Below are positions 9,441 through 19,447 of a DNA stretch of 64,000 bases, in pieces; positions within the stretch are counted from its first letter, which is position 1, and every line of letters starts with the position of its first letter. The position numbers and the translations under genes were made by a program. Where the stretch lies: assembly GCA_964551135.1 (NCBI GenBank), contig CAZKAT010000001.1:148224-212223 (forward strand). The letters run 5' to 3'. Origin of the DNA: an uncultured Gammaproteobacteria bacterium. GTDB taxonomy: Bacteria > Cyanobacteriota > Vampirovibrionia > LMEP-6097. Under the pieces are notes generated by a model. That model was not told the DNA's origin. It saw only the letters and a list, made by a program, of their open reading frames with translations, and ran no database searches.

Positions 9441-10844
9441 CTATATTGTTATATTTTTATGCCCTTTAACACTCCTAGTCCAAGTACCTACGGTACGGCT
9501 AAAGAGGATTTTACGGTAAGTAATCATAATAATAAAAGTCCAAGTACAAGTTATATAAATTATCCCAATAAAGGAATTGAATAAAGCTTCTAAATTTTTC
9601 TGTCCTTTATAAATCCGTAGGCCATTAAAAAGAGAATTGCCCAGAATGAAAGACATACCAATGGAAAGTAACATAAGGAAGCTGATATAAGTTTCTCTGC
9701 CACTGCAATAACGAATAACTTCATAAGTTATATCCAATGACAACCAAAGAGGAATACTAAACTCACCAAGGAAAACAAAACTATCAAAAATCTGATTTAA
9801 AGTTAAATTACCTGGTTCCATTAATTGTAAGAAATAATTTAAATATCTTCTCATACTACCTTCAGCCCAACGTCGTCTTTGTTTAATGAAGCCTTTAATA
9901 GTGGTTACAGCTTCTTCATAGACTTGATTCTCTGGACTAAAGCGAATGTCCCAACCATTTATATGTAATGAAGTAGATAAATCTAAATCATCTGTAAGAG
10001 TTTCTTCATTCCAACCATCTACATCTTCAAGTGCGCTTCTTTTGATTAATTGTCCATTACCCCTTAATTCAACTGAGCCTCTGATACTATCTCTGCCCAT
10101 TTGCAAGTAAGTATCCATGGCATACTCATGCAATTGTTGTCTTGCTAGGAAATTAAATTCAGGATTAGAGATGACCTTCTGAGCTTGAACTGCTGCTACA
10201 AGCGGATCATCTAAGTAACTAACAATGTTACTTAAGAACTCTGGTCCAATCCGGGCATCAGCATCTAGTACGCATATAACCTCTCCATTAGATACTTTCA
10301 GAGCATCATTCAATGCAGCAGCTTTACCGGGAAAAGCATCTTCATGTCTATTGATAACTATAATTTTGTCATTAGATGTAGCTGCTATGGCTTCTATAAT
10401 CTCACGAGTTTTGTCGGTACTTCTGTCGTTAATGATATAAATTTTCAGATTAGGATAAGTATTATTCTCTAGCAAATATTCTAAAGTAGCACCGATGACG
10501 CTTTGCTCATTATGAGCTGAAATAAAAATATCTATGGAAGGTTGATAAGTACCACTTAATTCACGTGGATTCCTTCTGCGATGTGATTGCGCGAAGAAAA
10601 TGAACACAGCGTGAATTACCATTATTAGAATTACTAAACCTAAAAGTGTCAAAGAGACATCAGAAGGTAGTTTAACTAGGATTTGATTAGGAACAAATTC
10701 TTCGAGAGCTTTAATTAAAAGCCAAATGCCACCAATAATTCCAAACAGTAAAAATCTATCGCGATTATTACCCTTCCAAAAATTAAAGATTTTCAACTTT
10801 CTTGAATGAAGTTTTTTCTTTTTTTTGCTATTTACTGTGCTCAT
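9441..10844 (-). CDS. mgdA: GT2 glycosyltransferase, monoglucosyldiacylglycerol synthase-like
   Basis: GKAAALN, LDADA, ELRGNGQ, WNEETLTDDLDLS, QRRRWAEG..RYL. Confidence 0.7.
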   Translation of the reverse strand: MSTVNSKKKKKLHSRKLKIFNFWKGNNRDRFLLFGIIGGIWLLIKALEEFVPNQILVKLPSDVSLTLLGLVILIMVIHAVFIFFAQSHRRRNPRELSGTYQPSIDIFISAHNEQSVIGATLEYLLENNTYPNLKIYIINDRSTDKTREIIEAIAATSNDKIIVINRHEDAFPGKAAALNDALKVSNGEVICVLDADARIGPEFLSNIVSYLDDPLVAAVQAQKVISNPEFNFLARQQLHEYAMDTYLQMGRDSIRGSVELRGNGQLIKRSALEDVDGWNEETLTDDLDLSTSLHINGWDIRFSPENQVYEEAVTTIKGFIKQRRRWAEGSMRRYLNYFLQLMEPGNLTLNQIFDSFVFLGEFSIPLWLSLDITYEVIRYCSGRETYISFLMLLSIGMSFILGNSLFNGLRIYKGQKNLEALFNSFIGIIYITCTWTFIIMITYRKILFSRTVGTWTRSVKGHKNITI

Positions 10845-11751
10845 TTTTTATCTCTGCTACCATTACTTTTATTTTTTCTTGGTTGGGTAGCCAATAGCCT
10901 TTTTCTCCAAAATCTCCTGGAACTATGTAACTCTTAAAACTCCATTGTCCCTGTGTCTTAATATCATTATTTTTGCTCTGAATCAATAGAGATCTTAGCA
11001 AGATTCCGAGTTCAAACATCTGTTTAAAGCTCATATCAGTAATAAAGGTTTTGTTCGCTTTTAGCAATATATTTGGCATTCTAAACACGGTTTCTGGCTC
11101 AGAAAGCTGCTTAACAGCAGCTCTAAAGAAAATATGTTGCCTTTGTATTCTGCCAATATCACCATCTAATTTAGATCTATATCTAAGAAAATTCATTAAT
11201 TTTTTACCGTTCATTACTTGTAAGCCAGGTTCTATTTCTATGTGAAGATTGGCGCTGTAATCGTGATATGACATCTTTTGGGGCACATAAATTTTAATTT
11301 CACCCATGGCATCTATTAAGTCAATTACTGATTTGATACTGAAAACTAATACATGATCTATATCTATATTTAGAAGCTTTTTGACTGCACGTATAGTTAA
11401 TTTATAACCACCAACTTGGTTTGCAGAATTAATTTTATGCGTTTTAAGTTTCTTTAATTCGATATAAGTATCTCGTGGAATACTTATTACGGATATAACC
11501 TTTGTATATGGATTAACATACAGAACTACTATTAAATCTGATCTACCATTCCAGCCTTCTAATTTACCGGGTATGAGAGAATCGACACCGAGTATAAGAA
11601 TAGAGAGAGGTTTATCAATTGTTTTGGATTCTTTCTTGATTTCTTTAAGTTCAAGTTTTGTTTCCTTATTTTCTAAGTGGATAAAAAAAGCAGCCCCAAA
11701 TATTAGCCCTAGACATATAAGGAAAACAATGATTTTGCCAGAATATTTCAT
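10828..11751 (-). CDS. LytR-CpsA-Psr (LCP) family phosphotransferase
   Basis: N-terminal TM; GRSD, SIPRDT, KINSA, FLRYR, DIGRIQRQ. Confidence 0.88.
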   Translation of the reverse strand: MKYSGKIIVFLICLGLIFGAAFFIHLENKETKLELKEIKKESKTIDKPLSILILGVDSLIPGKLEGWNGRSDLIVVLYVNPYTKVISVISIPRDTYIELKKLKTHKINSANQVGGYKLTIRAVKKLLNIDIDHVLVFSIKSVIDLIDAMGEIKIYVPQKMSYHDYSANLHIEIEPGLQVMNGKKLMNFLRYRSKLDGDIGRIQRQHIFFRAAVKQLSEPETVFRMPNILLKANKTFITDMSFKQMFELGILLRSLLIQSKNNDIKTQGQWSFKSYIVPGDFGEKGYWLPNQEKIKVMVAEIKNEHSK

Positions 11752-11795
11752 TACTACAAGTCAAAAACTAATAAGCTCGCTATAATGTATTTAGC

Positions 11796-12671
11796 ATGAA
11801 ATGCCCTTCCTTAAAGCTTTTATTATTATTTATAAGTCTCCAGTTGTCACTAAGCTCATGTGCTGATCTTAAAGCAATTATGGGTATTGTAGAGCCGAAT
11901 AAGGATTTTCCTCCTGGTGAGTATGTCGGTACAGCTAGAGAAATTAAACCTGGTGAACCTGAGCCAGAACCCACACCCGAAACACCTGTAGTACCTACAC
12001 CACCAGCTGTCTTAGAGGTGAATGGAAGTACTATTAACGGTGCTATGGCACAAGCAGCAGCACCTGCACCTGTTAAACCTTTAGGTGACACTATTAAAAT
12101 TACTTTTTTACCTAGAAATGGAAACGTAGATGGGATTGGGGTGCTGTTGTTCCATAATAATAGTGAAAGATTTTATTGGAGAAATGATGGCAACAATGCT
12201 AATGCCTGGAACATACTCTTCAACAAAGATCAGAATTTATATACCAATATCCAAAATAATTTTAAATTTGATGGTTTGATCACTGCAAGTGAAGTTGAGA
12301 ACAAGTTAGTAGGAAGATTGCATCTCAATTATGATTCTGATGAGAAAGATTATTTCATCGAAGCTTATCAATATTTCAAACCAGAAATTATTCCTGCTAA
12401 AGAAGCTATTAGTATTAAAGCTGGTGATCCTATCGTTATAGATGTTGCTAAGGTTGGTAGTGATGAAGATGCTTTGCAAGTAACACTTAAAGCAACTCCA
12501 CCTACTCCAGAGTTTGAAGCTCAATTACCAATACAAAGTATTGTTAAAAATGACAAGGGTACTAAGATGACGCTTGGTACTGATAAACAGTATGTTAAGG
12601 GTGATTATAGTTTAATTATCATTAGATCTGGCGAGCATAAGAGCAATAAAGTGCCAGTAAAAATCATTTAA
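11796..12671 (+). CDS. Hypothetical lipoprotein with a Pro-rich linker
   Basis: Lipobox LSSC; PEPEPTPETP repeat-like linker. Confidence 0.65.
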   Translation: MKCPSLKLLLLFISLQLSLSSCADLKAIMGIVEPNKDFPPGEYVGTAREIKPGEPEPEPTPETPVVPTPPAVLEVNGSTINGAMAQAAAPAPVKPLGDTIKITFLPRNGNVDGIGVLLFHNNSERFYWRNDGNNANAWNILFNKDQNLYTNIQNNFKFDGLITASEVENKLVGRLHLNYDSDEKDYFIEAYQYFKPEIIPAKEAISIKAGDPIVIDVAKVGSDEDALQVTLKATPPTPEFEAQLPIQSIVKNDKGTKMTLGTDKQYVKGDYSLIIIRSGEHKSNKVPVKII

Positions 12672-12700
12672 TACCGCTAATGCTATGATTAAGAGGGTTT

Positions 12701-13654
12701 ATGAAGATAGCAGTAGTAGGATGCGGCCATTGGGGCAAGAATTTAGTTCGTAATTTTTACGAGCTTGGAGTTCTTTCTATGGTTTGTGACCAAAACTCTA
12801 GCAGTTTGGATTATGTAACAAGAAACCACCCATCAGTAGAAGTTACTGATTCATTTGATTATTTAATTAGTAGAGATGATATAGATGGATTGGTAATTGC
12901 TACTCCTTCTAGTACTCATTATAAATTAGCTAAGAAGTCTTTGCTAGCTGGTAAAAATGTTTATGTAGAGAAACCTTTAGCGCAGAATCTTCATGAAGCA
13001 GAAGAGTTACATCATCTTGCTGAAGAAAGAGATTTAGTATTAATGGTGGGACATTTACTGCTCTATCACCCAGCTGTAAACAAACTCAAGAATTTAATTA
13101 GCTCTGGTGAGCTTGGAGAAATAAAATATATTAACTCTGATAGAAGAAATTTTAATCGTAATCAAAGACGTGATTCTAATGTTATGTGGGATTTAGCACC
13201 GCATGATTTGTCTGTGATGTCTTACTTGATATCATCTGAACCCGAAGAGATACTCAGTGTCAGGGCTTGGGCAAGTGTTGATGAAGTTGTGGATGTCGTG
13301 CATATTGATCTAGTTTTCCCTAATAGTATTGGTGCACATATTCATAATAGTTGGCTTGATCCACAGAAACAAGCGCTACTGACTGTTAATGGTAGTAAGA
13401 AAACAGCTGTGCTAAATGATACTTTTAAAGACAATAAACTTGAAATTTACTGTCGTAATGCTGATGGTTCGCTAACTGTAGAGAAGCCAGTTTATTCTAA
13501 TGATGAACCACTCAGATTAGAGTGCAAGCATTTTTTAGACTGTATCAAAGATAATGCAAGACCAATGAGTGATGGTATGAATGGTTCTCAGGTAGTGAAA
13601 TATTTAGAGCAATGTCAAAACATGATGTCTGTAGGTCACCTTAGCCCTGTATGA
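12701..13654 (+). CDS. Gfo/Idh/MocA oxidoreductase, probably acting on a nucleotide sugar
   Basis: VVGCGHWG, ATPSSTH, VEKPLA, MVGH, WDLAPHD. Confidence 0.88.
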   Translation: MKIAVVGCGHWGKNLVRNFYELGVLSMVCDQNSSSLDYVTRNHPSVEVTDSFDYLISRDDIDGLVIATPSSTHYKLAKKSLLAGKNVYVEKPLAQNLHEAEELHHLAEERDLVLMVGHLLLYHPAVNKLKNLISSGELGEIKYINSDRRNFNRNQRRDSNVMWDLAPHDLSVMSYLISSEPEEILSVRAWASVDEVVDVVHIDLVFPNSIGAHIHNSWLDPQKQALLTVNGSKKTAVLNDTFKDNKLEIYCRNADGSLTVEKPVYSNDEPLRLECKHFLDCIKDNARPMSDGMNGSQVVKYLEQCQNMMSVGHLSPV

Positions 13655-13974
13655 AAAAGTTAGCTTTAATAATTACACTTTTAGGAGTAGGGGCAAGTAT
13701 TGGTGTGTATCTTGGCAAGAATTACCAATACGAGCATTACGCTATAGAACCTAAATCTGACAGAATCAAGGTTTATAAAATCAATCTCAATTTGGCGACT
13801 GAACGAGAGTACGATAATTTACCTGGCATTGGTCCAAAACTTGCTAAGGAAATTATTAGAGACCGTGATGCTAATGGGCGTTTTAATAAAGTAGAGGATA
13901 TTAAGAGAGTCAAGGGTATTGGTGATGCGAAATTTAAGAAGATTGAGCCGTATTTGACAATGGAGGTACAATAA
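13651..13974 (+). CDS. ComEA-like helix-hairpin-helix DNA-binding membrane protein
   Basis: N-terminal TM; [21 protein letters not shown]. Confidence 0.85.
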   Translation: MKKLALIITLLGVGASIGVYLGKNYQYEHYAIEPKSDRIKVYKINLNLATEREYDNLPGIGPKLAKEIIRDRDANGRFNKVEDIKRVKGIGDAKFKKIEPYLTMEVQ

Positions 13975-13978
13975 AATT

Positions 13979-14848
13979 ATGCTCAGCTTCCAGCAAATCA
14001 TTTTTACATTAAATAAATTCTGGTCAGATCAAGGCTGTATTATTATGCAACCTTATGATACTGAGAAAGGTGCAAGTACCATGAATCCTGCAACTTTCTT
14101 GCGTGTGCTCGATAATAAACCTTGGAAGATGGCTTGTATAGAACCTTGTCGTCGTCCTACAGATGGAAGATATGGAGAGAATCCTAATCGCTTGCAACAT
14201 TATTTCCAGTATCAAGTGATTCTTCAGCCGAACCCACTTAATTCACAAGATCTTTATTTAGATAGTTTACGTGCCTTGGGTATTAAACCTTTGGAGCATG
14301 ATATTCGTTTCGTTGAGGATAATTGGGAGAGTCCTACTCTTGGAGCTTGGGGCTGTGGTTGGGAAGTATGGTTGAATGGTATGGAGATTACTCAGTTCAC
14401 TTATTTCCAGCAAGCAGGTGGTATAGAGATCAAGCCTGTAGCAGTAGAGCTTACTTATGGTTTAGAGCGCATTGCTATGTATCTGCAAGAAGTAGATTCA
14501 GTATTTGATTTGGTTTGGCATGAACATAAGGGTGAAGTAGTTAAATATGCTGATGTTTATAAACGTAATGAATTTGAACAGAGTAAGTATAATTTTGAAC
14601 TTAGTACAGCAGAAAGACTTCTAGAACTATATAAGAATTATTTTCAAGAAGCCCAAGTTTGTTTAGATGCAGGACTCTCAATCCCTGCTTATGATTATGT
14701 ACTTAAATGCTCGCACACTTTTAATTTACTAGATGCCAGAGGTGCTATTAGTAAAGATGAAAGACAGAAATTTATTCTTGAAATTAGATCACTAGCAGAG
14801 AGAGTGGCTAGAATCCATGTAGAAAGCAATAAAACCGTTTCAGTATAG
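13979..14848 (+). CDS. glyQ: Glycine-tRNA ligase alpha subunit
   Basis: [48 protein letters not shown]. Confidence 0.96.
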   Translation: MLSFQQIIFTLNKFWSDQGCIIMQPYDTEKGASTMNPATFLRVLDNKPWKMACIEPCRRPTDGRYGENPNRLQHYFQYQVILQPNPLNSQDLYLDSLRALGIKPLEHDIRFVEDNWESPTLGAWGCGWEVWLNGMEITQFTYFQQAGGIEIKPVAVELTYGLERIAMYLQEVDSVFDLVWHEHKGEVVKYADVYKRNEFEQSKYNFELSTAERLLELYKNYFQEAQVCLDAGLSIPAYDYVLKCSHTFNLLDARGAISKDERQKFILEIRSLAERVARIHVESNKTVSV

Positions 14849-14975
14849 GTTGATTGTCTCGTATATCTTGAGGTTTACGTGGACCAAAGAAGAACATTAA
14901 ATAAAAACCTACTGCCAATAAGATGCCTAATACAACTAGAGCTTTAAATGTTTCATTTTCTATGAATGCTTCCAT
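14808..14975 (-). CDS. Small single-TM protein (55 aa), absent from the ORF track
   Basis: My translation: [37 protein letters not shown]...; AGAGGA SD upstream; overlaps the end of ORF 14953-15201 and 41 nt of glyQ. Confidence 0.4.
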   Translation of the reverse strand: MEAFIENETFKALVVLGILLAVGFYLMFFFGPRKPQDIRDNQPILKRFYCFLHGF

Positions 14976-15201
14976 TAATCCTCTCCTCTTCGTCTAATAA
15001 AACATTATAACTTACATCAATCAAATAGTTAGCAATTGCTAAGAATACTAAAGCTGCTACTAGTCTGATCAAGAAGGCCTTATTAAAAGTGAATTCCATT
15101 AGATAAATATTCATAAGAAATGCTCCACTAAATGCAGCGCAAGCATAACCTAAGCTTCTGTAAACTTCTGCTCTATGAATTTCAGATTTTCGATAATCCA
15201 T
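14953..15201 (-). CDS. Small two-TM hypothetical protein
   Basis: 82-aa ORF with two hydrophobic helices. Confidence 0.55.
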   Translation of the reverse strand: MDYRKSEIHRAEVYRSLGYACAAFSGAFLMNIYLMEFTFNKAFLIRLVAALVFLAIANYLIDVSYNVLLDEEERINGSIHRK

Positions 15202-15232
15202 AATGATGAAAATTTTTATAAATCCTATTCAC

Positions 15233-15353
15233 AAATGAAAGGGGTCAAAAGTCACCTGAAATTTTTTGGATTTGTTTGTAAAGACAAAGGTTTTGAAAAA
15301 CTGACTTTAATAACGAGTGGCTCAAGGGGGTCAAAAGTCCTTTCTAGGTTAAG
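15233..15353. repeat. Paired-GGGGTCAAAA element, copy A
   Basis: AAATGAAAGGGGTCAAAA...TCAAGGGGGTCAAAA...GGTTAAG, also found at 39094-39228. Confidence 0.8.
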
Positions 15354-15396
15354 GATTCCATTGCCAGAAACCTGAATTGGTATTACATTTATATAG

Positions 15397-17217
15397 GTGC
15401 TTAATTTAATTAATAACAAAAACAAGAAATCACAAGTTCAGTTAGTTTCTGAATATGATTTTTATTCCTTTACTGAGTCAGTTCATTATCATGCTCATAA
15501 ACTTTTAGGTGTAACGGAGAAGATTATTAATAGAGAGCGCGGTATTTTATTTACGCTTTGGGCTCCTCGGGCTAAAGCTGTAAGTGTTGTAGGAGATTTT
15601 AATAACTGGCGTATCAATGCTAATCCAATGCAACGAGCTACAACTAAGCAGGATAATGCAACTAAGGGCTATATCAATGCTGTGGGTGATGGTCTCTGGA
15701 CTTTATGGCTTGTGAATCTCAAACCAGATCTGGCTTATCAGTTTGCTATTCATTTAGATGATACTAAGATTGAGTATATTAATGATCCTTTTGCTAAACA
15801 ATTACAGTTTGTATCTAGTGGGAATGTTTATTCTTCACAACCAAAAAGATTAGCTTCGATATTTAATTATAGTGAATATTCATGGTCTGATCAGGATTGG
15901 ATTAAGAGGCGTGAAGCTGATGAGCTTTCCATTAAGCCCATATCAATATTAGATTTTGATTTTTCTAGTAAGCAAACCTCCTTGGAGACTTATCAGGGTT
16001 TAGCAAAATCTATAGTCAAACAAGCTCAGGATGGAAGTTTCACTCATGTTTCATTCAGCTCTTTAATTGAAGAAATTATAGATTTAACAGATTCCATTAA
16101 TAATATTATTAAAGACTATTATTATTTCGCTGCTAAGTCTATTCATGGTGATCCTCAAGACCTCAAATGTTTAGTAGATTATTTACATGCTAATAATATT
16201 GGAATAGTTTTAGAGTTACCATTCTTTGATAAAAGAATCGACTATAATCGCAAAACTAGTACTAATATTTTGCTGTCTAGTGCCATATATTGGCTAGAAG
16301 AATTTCATATTGATGGTTTGAAATTTACTACTAGAGCGAATGACGCCAGCAAAGTTATTAGTTATAAAAATGATGATGTGATTGATTTTATTAAAGTATT
16401 GAATGAATCAATTCATTCTAGATCTAAAGGCGTGATTACTATTGTTGATGATGATAGTGGTATGCCAGGTATTTCTAAGCCTACATATTTAGCTGGTTTA
16501 GGTTTCAATATGAGTATTTCTAATAGTTTTATAAGCAGTCTCAATTCATTTGTTGAGCAAGATTCAATAGATACTCTTAGTTCTTCGTATAGTTTTGCAG
16601 AGAATCAAATTCTTAATTTTAAAGATCCTACTTTATCTAAGCTTGATATTAATTCCTTGAAAATATTCTTCGCTTATTTTTTTACTTATCCAGGTAAAAA
16701 AATAATTAATGCTGAATTACTGGATAATATTATTTTCTTAGCTCAAACACCTAATAATTTCTTAGAAGAATTCTTTTTTAGCAGCCCATGTAAGTTTTTA
16801 GGGCTTGATTTAACTAATGATGCGATTGATCTGATATCTTATATCCGTGATTTAAATGATATGTATGCTGAAGAAGAAGCTCTTTCGGGGACTGATTTTA
16901 AGGATACTTGCTTTGAATGGGTAGATTATGCTAACCAAGACCTGATAAGCTATTTACGTTGGTCAAGAGATTATAAGGATGTGATCTTAGTGGTGATTAA
17001 TTTAAGTAATAAGAATATCAATCATTGTTCTATAGGTGTGCCTAAGCCTGGTTTATATTTGCAAATTTTTAATAGTGATGCTATTCAATATTGCGGTTCT
17101 GGTTATGGCAATGATGATGGTTTATATAGTTCTCATATTCAAGCACATAACAGACCTTATAGCTTAGTGATGGATATCGCTGCAAGGTCAATTGCTATGT
17201 TTAAATTAAATGAATAA
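15397..17217 (+). CDS. GlgB-like (CBM48 + GH13) protein with degenerate catalytic motifs
   Basis: FTLWAPRAKAVSVVGDFNNW and FEWVD/FNSDA C-domain are present; RVDAV, AEEST and HDE are replaced. Confidence 0.8.
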   Translation: MLNLINNKNKKSQVQLVSEYDFYSFTESVHYHAHKLLGVTEKIINRERGILFTLWAPRAKAVSVVGDFNNWRINANPMQRATTKQDNATKGYINAVGDGLWTLWLVNLKPDLAYQFAIHLDDTKIEYINDPFAKQLQFVSSGNVYSSQPKRLASIFNYSEYSWSDQDWIKRREADELSIKPISILDFDFSSKQTSLETYQGLAKSIVKQAQDGSFTHVSFSSLIEEIIDLTDSINNIIKDYYYFAAKSIHGDPQDLKCLVDYLHANNIGIVLELPFFDKRIDYNRKTSTNILLSSAIYWLEEFHIDGLKFTTRANDASKVISYKNDDVIDFIKVLNESIHSRSKGVITIVDDDSGMPGISKPTYLAGLGFNMSISNSFISSLNSFVEQDSIDTLSSSYSFAENQILNFKDPTLSKLDINSLKIFFAYFFTYPGKKIINAELLDNIIFLAQTPNNFLEEFFFSSPCKFLGLDLTNDAIDLISYIRDLNDMYAEEEALSGTDFKDTCFEWVDYANQDLISYLRWSRDYKDVILVVINLSNKNINHCSIGVPKPGLYLQIFNSDAIQYCGSGYGNDDGLYSSHIQAHNRPYSLVMDIAARSIAMFKLNE

Positions 17218-19444
17218 CAATTCAAAAATCCTTCACTATTCGTTACTTTCGCTAATTATGATTATTGGTGTTGTTACACTAACTGCTTTACTAAGTGTGA
17301 GATCTTGGTATAAACCTAGTATTAAGCTCAACGAACCTAGTCCAGTAACAATTATTCTGGATAAAGATGTAGAAGTAATAGATAGAATTGCAACTAATGA
17401 AGCTAAAGAAAAAGCTCGTTTAACTGCTCTTCGATACGCTGGTGATAAGGATATACTCGAAGTAGACCAGACGGCAATGAAAACTAATATGGATAATCTA
17501 AAATTCATAGTTCACTTTGTCAGAGATGAAATTAGTTTTAGTAAGCCCTATCCAGATCCAATTAATCCTAAAGTTAGCTTAGAGACTCAGCTTTATCTAG
17601 TTAATATTGATGATGCCAAGTTTAATCAAGTAATTTTAAGTACTAATTTATCTGAATTGATTGATGATCCTAATAAGGTAATAGAGATTTATGCTTTAAC
17701 AGAGATAGAGAAGAAGTTATTTTTTAAAACCTTAGCTGAAGAACGTGAAAAGAAGAAAAAAATTGAAGAAGAGAAAGCTGCGTTAGGTAAGCCATTCTTT
17801 GAAACTATTAAACGTGTAAATTATGAAAGTCTTTTTGTGAAAACTTTTGCAATACAAAAAAAATTGTTAGATTTGGGTTATGTAAGAGGACTCTCAAGAG
17901 CCAAAATTCATGAAAATATTAAAATCTTATATCCAGGATTAAGCTATGTGGAGCTGAGTTTGATTGAGAAATTAATAGATAGATCTACTTTCCCTAATAT
18001 GGAAATAGATTGGAAGAAACTAAGGGATATTGAGAAAGAGGCTATGAATGCTGTTCCGCCAGTGATGATTCAGCTTAAACAGGGGTCTTTGATAGCATCA
18101 AAGGGTAGGACTGTAGATTTAGAGAGTTTCTATTATTTGAGTGATTTAGACATGTTGAATGCAGAGACAGATCAGAATGAAATCTCTAATAATTTTGTAC
18201 TGATTACTTGTGCAGTTTTACTTATAGTATTGTTTAATCTTATTACTAAGTTCAGAAATTATTCTATTCAGCAAGTAATAATGATGTTCCTTATACCTAT
18301 TGCAGCATCTGCGATTATTGCACCAATTGCGATTTGGGGTGTTAACAAATTGCCACTAGTGCCACTTGCAGCAGTTTCCATATTGATGACAATATTTTAT
18401 TCCCCAAGCATGGCAGCGATTGTAATTCTATTAATGAGTTTCTTTATGGCTAAAACAGTTGACATGAATTTTTGGCAAGTATTGCCACAGTTTATTGGTT
18501 CTATGTATGCAATATTTCTTGTCAGGAAAGTGCATCAGCGAGAGGATCTTACTAATGCAGGTACGCAGATTGCTATAGTACAAGTGGTCGTTTTTCTGTT
18601 GACAGTGATGCTTGCAGTGGAAGATTTTGAGGTGACTACAGTTCTGATTATTGCTTGTTTCTATGCTATTAGTGCTGTCGCTTCGGGATTTATTTCACTT
18701 GCTGCATTACCTTACTTTGAATCAGGACTTAAGTTATTGACCCCATTTAAGCTAGCAGAGCTTGCTAATCCTAATCAACCTTTACTGAAGAAGCTTAAAG
18801 AAATGGCTCCAGGGACTTACGCTCATTCTATGAGTGTTTCTAGATTATCCGAAGAAGCTGGAGCTGTGTTAGGACTTAATACTGATCTGATTCGTGTGGG
18901 ACTACTTTATCATGATGTGGGCAAGATTTATGCTCCTGATTATTTTATTGAAAATACTCTCGGTAAACCCAATCCCCATACCACTCTTGATGATCCCAAA
19001 AAATCAGCTGAAATAATTCTGGGTCATATACCTGAGGGTATTAAACTTGCTAGGAAATATAATTTACCGCAAGAGATTGCTGATTTTATTCCAATGCATC
19101 AAGGTACTACTATTACGAATTACTTTTATTATATTGCAGTGGAGAAATATGGTAAGAAAAACGTTGATCCTGAAGACTATCGTTATCCTGGTCCTAGACC
19201 TAATACTAAGGAGACTGGAGTTGCTATGCTTGCTGATAGTACTGAAGCTGCATTGAGAAGTATTAAGGATATAGCTGATGAGAAACAGGCTAGTGAAATG
19301 ATTTATAAAATTATTAATGCAAGGATCGATGAAGGTGAGCTTTCTAATACCGGGCTTACTAGGTCTGATCTGGATAAAGTTGCTAATTCCTTCTTGAATA
19401 TTTGGCGTTCACAGAATCATGAAAGAGTTAAGTATCCTAGCTAG
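17210..19444 (+). CDS. 7TM-HD phosphohydrolase (PgpH-like cyclic-di-AMP phosphodiesterase family)
   Basis: N-terminal TM, large extracytoplasmic domain, about 7 TM, APGTYAHS, YHDVGK, YPGPRP, LADS.EAA. Confidence 0.85.
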   Translation: MNNNSKILHYSLLSLIMIIGVVTLTALLSVRSWYKPSIKLNEPSPVTIILDKDVEVIDRIATNEAKEKARLTALRYAGDKDILEVDQTAMKTNMDNLKFIVHFVRDEISFSKPYPDPINPKVSLETQLYLVNIDDAKFNQVILSTNLSELIDDPNKVIEIYALTEIEKKLFFKTLAEEREKKKKIEEEKAALGKPFFETIKRVNYESLFVKTFAIQKKLLDLGYVRGLSRAKIHENIKILYPGLSYVELSLIEKLIDRSTFPNMEIDWKKLRDIEKEAMNAVPPVMIQLKQGSLIASKGRTVDLESFYYLSDLDMLNAETDQNEISNNFVLITCAVLLIVLFNLITKFRNYSIQQVIMMFLIPIAASAIIAPIAIWGVNKLPLVPLAAVSILMTIFYSPSMAAIVILLMSFFMAKTVDMNFWQVLPQFIGSMYAIFLVRKVHQREDLTNAGTQIAIVQVVVFLLTVMLAVEDFEVTTVLIIACFYAISAVASGFISLAALPYFESGLKLLTPFKLAELANPNQPLLKKLKEMAPGTYAHSMSVSRLSEEAGAVLGLNTDLIRVGLLYHDVGKIYAPDYFIENTLGKPNPHTTLDDPKKSAEIILGHIPEGIKLARKYNLPQEIADFIPMHQGTTITNYFYYIAVEKYGKKNVDPEDYRYPGPRPNTKETGVAMLADSTEAALRSIKDIADEKQASEMIYKIINARIDEGELSNTGLTRSDLDKVANSFLNIWRSQNHERVKYPS

Positions 19445-19447
19445 GTA

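Noticed and set aside
15175-15375. 66-aa ORF across element copy A
   Set aside because: It spans the repeat element and overlaps a minus-strand gene start; copy B does not preserve this frame as far as I can see
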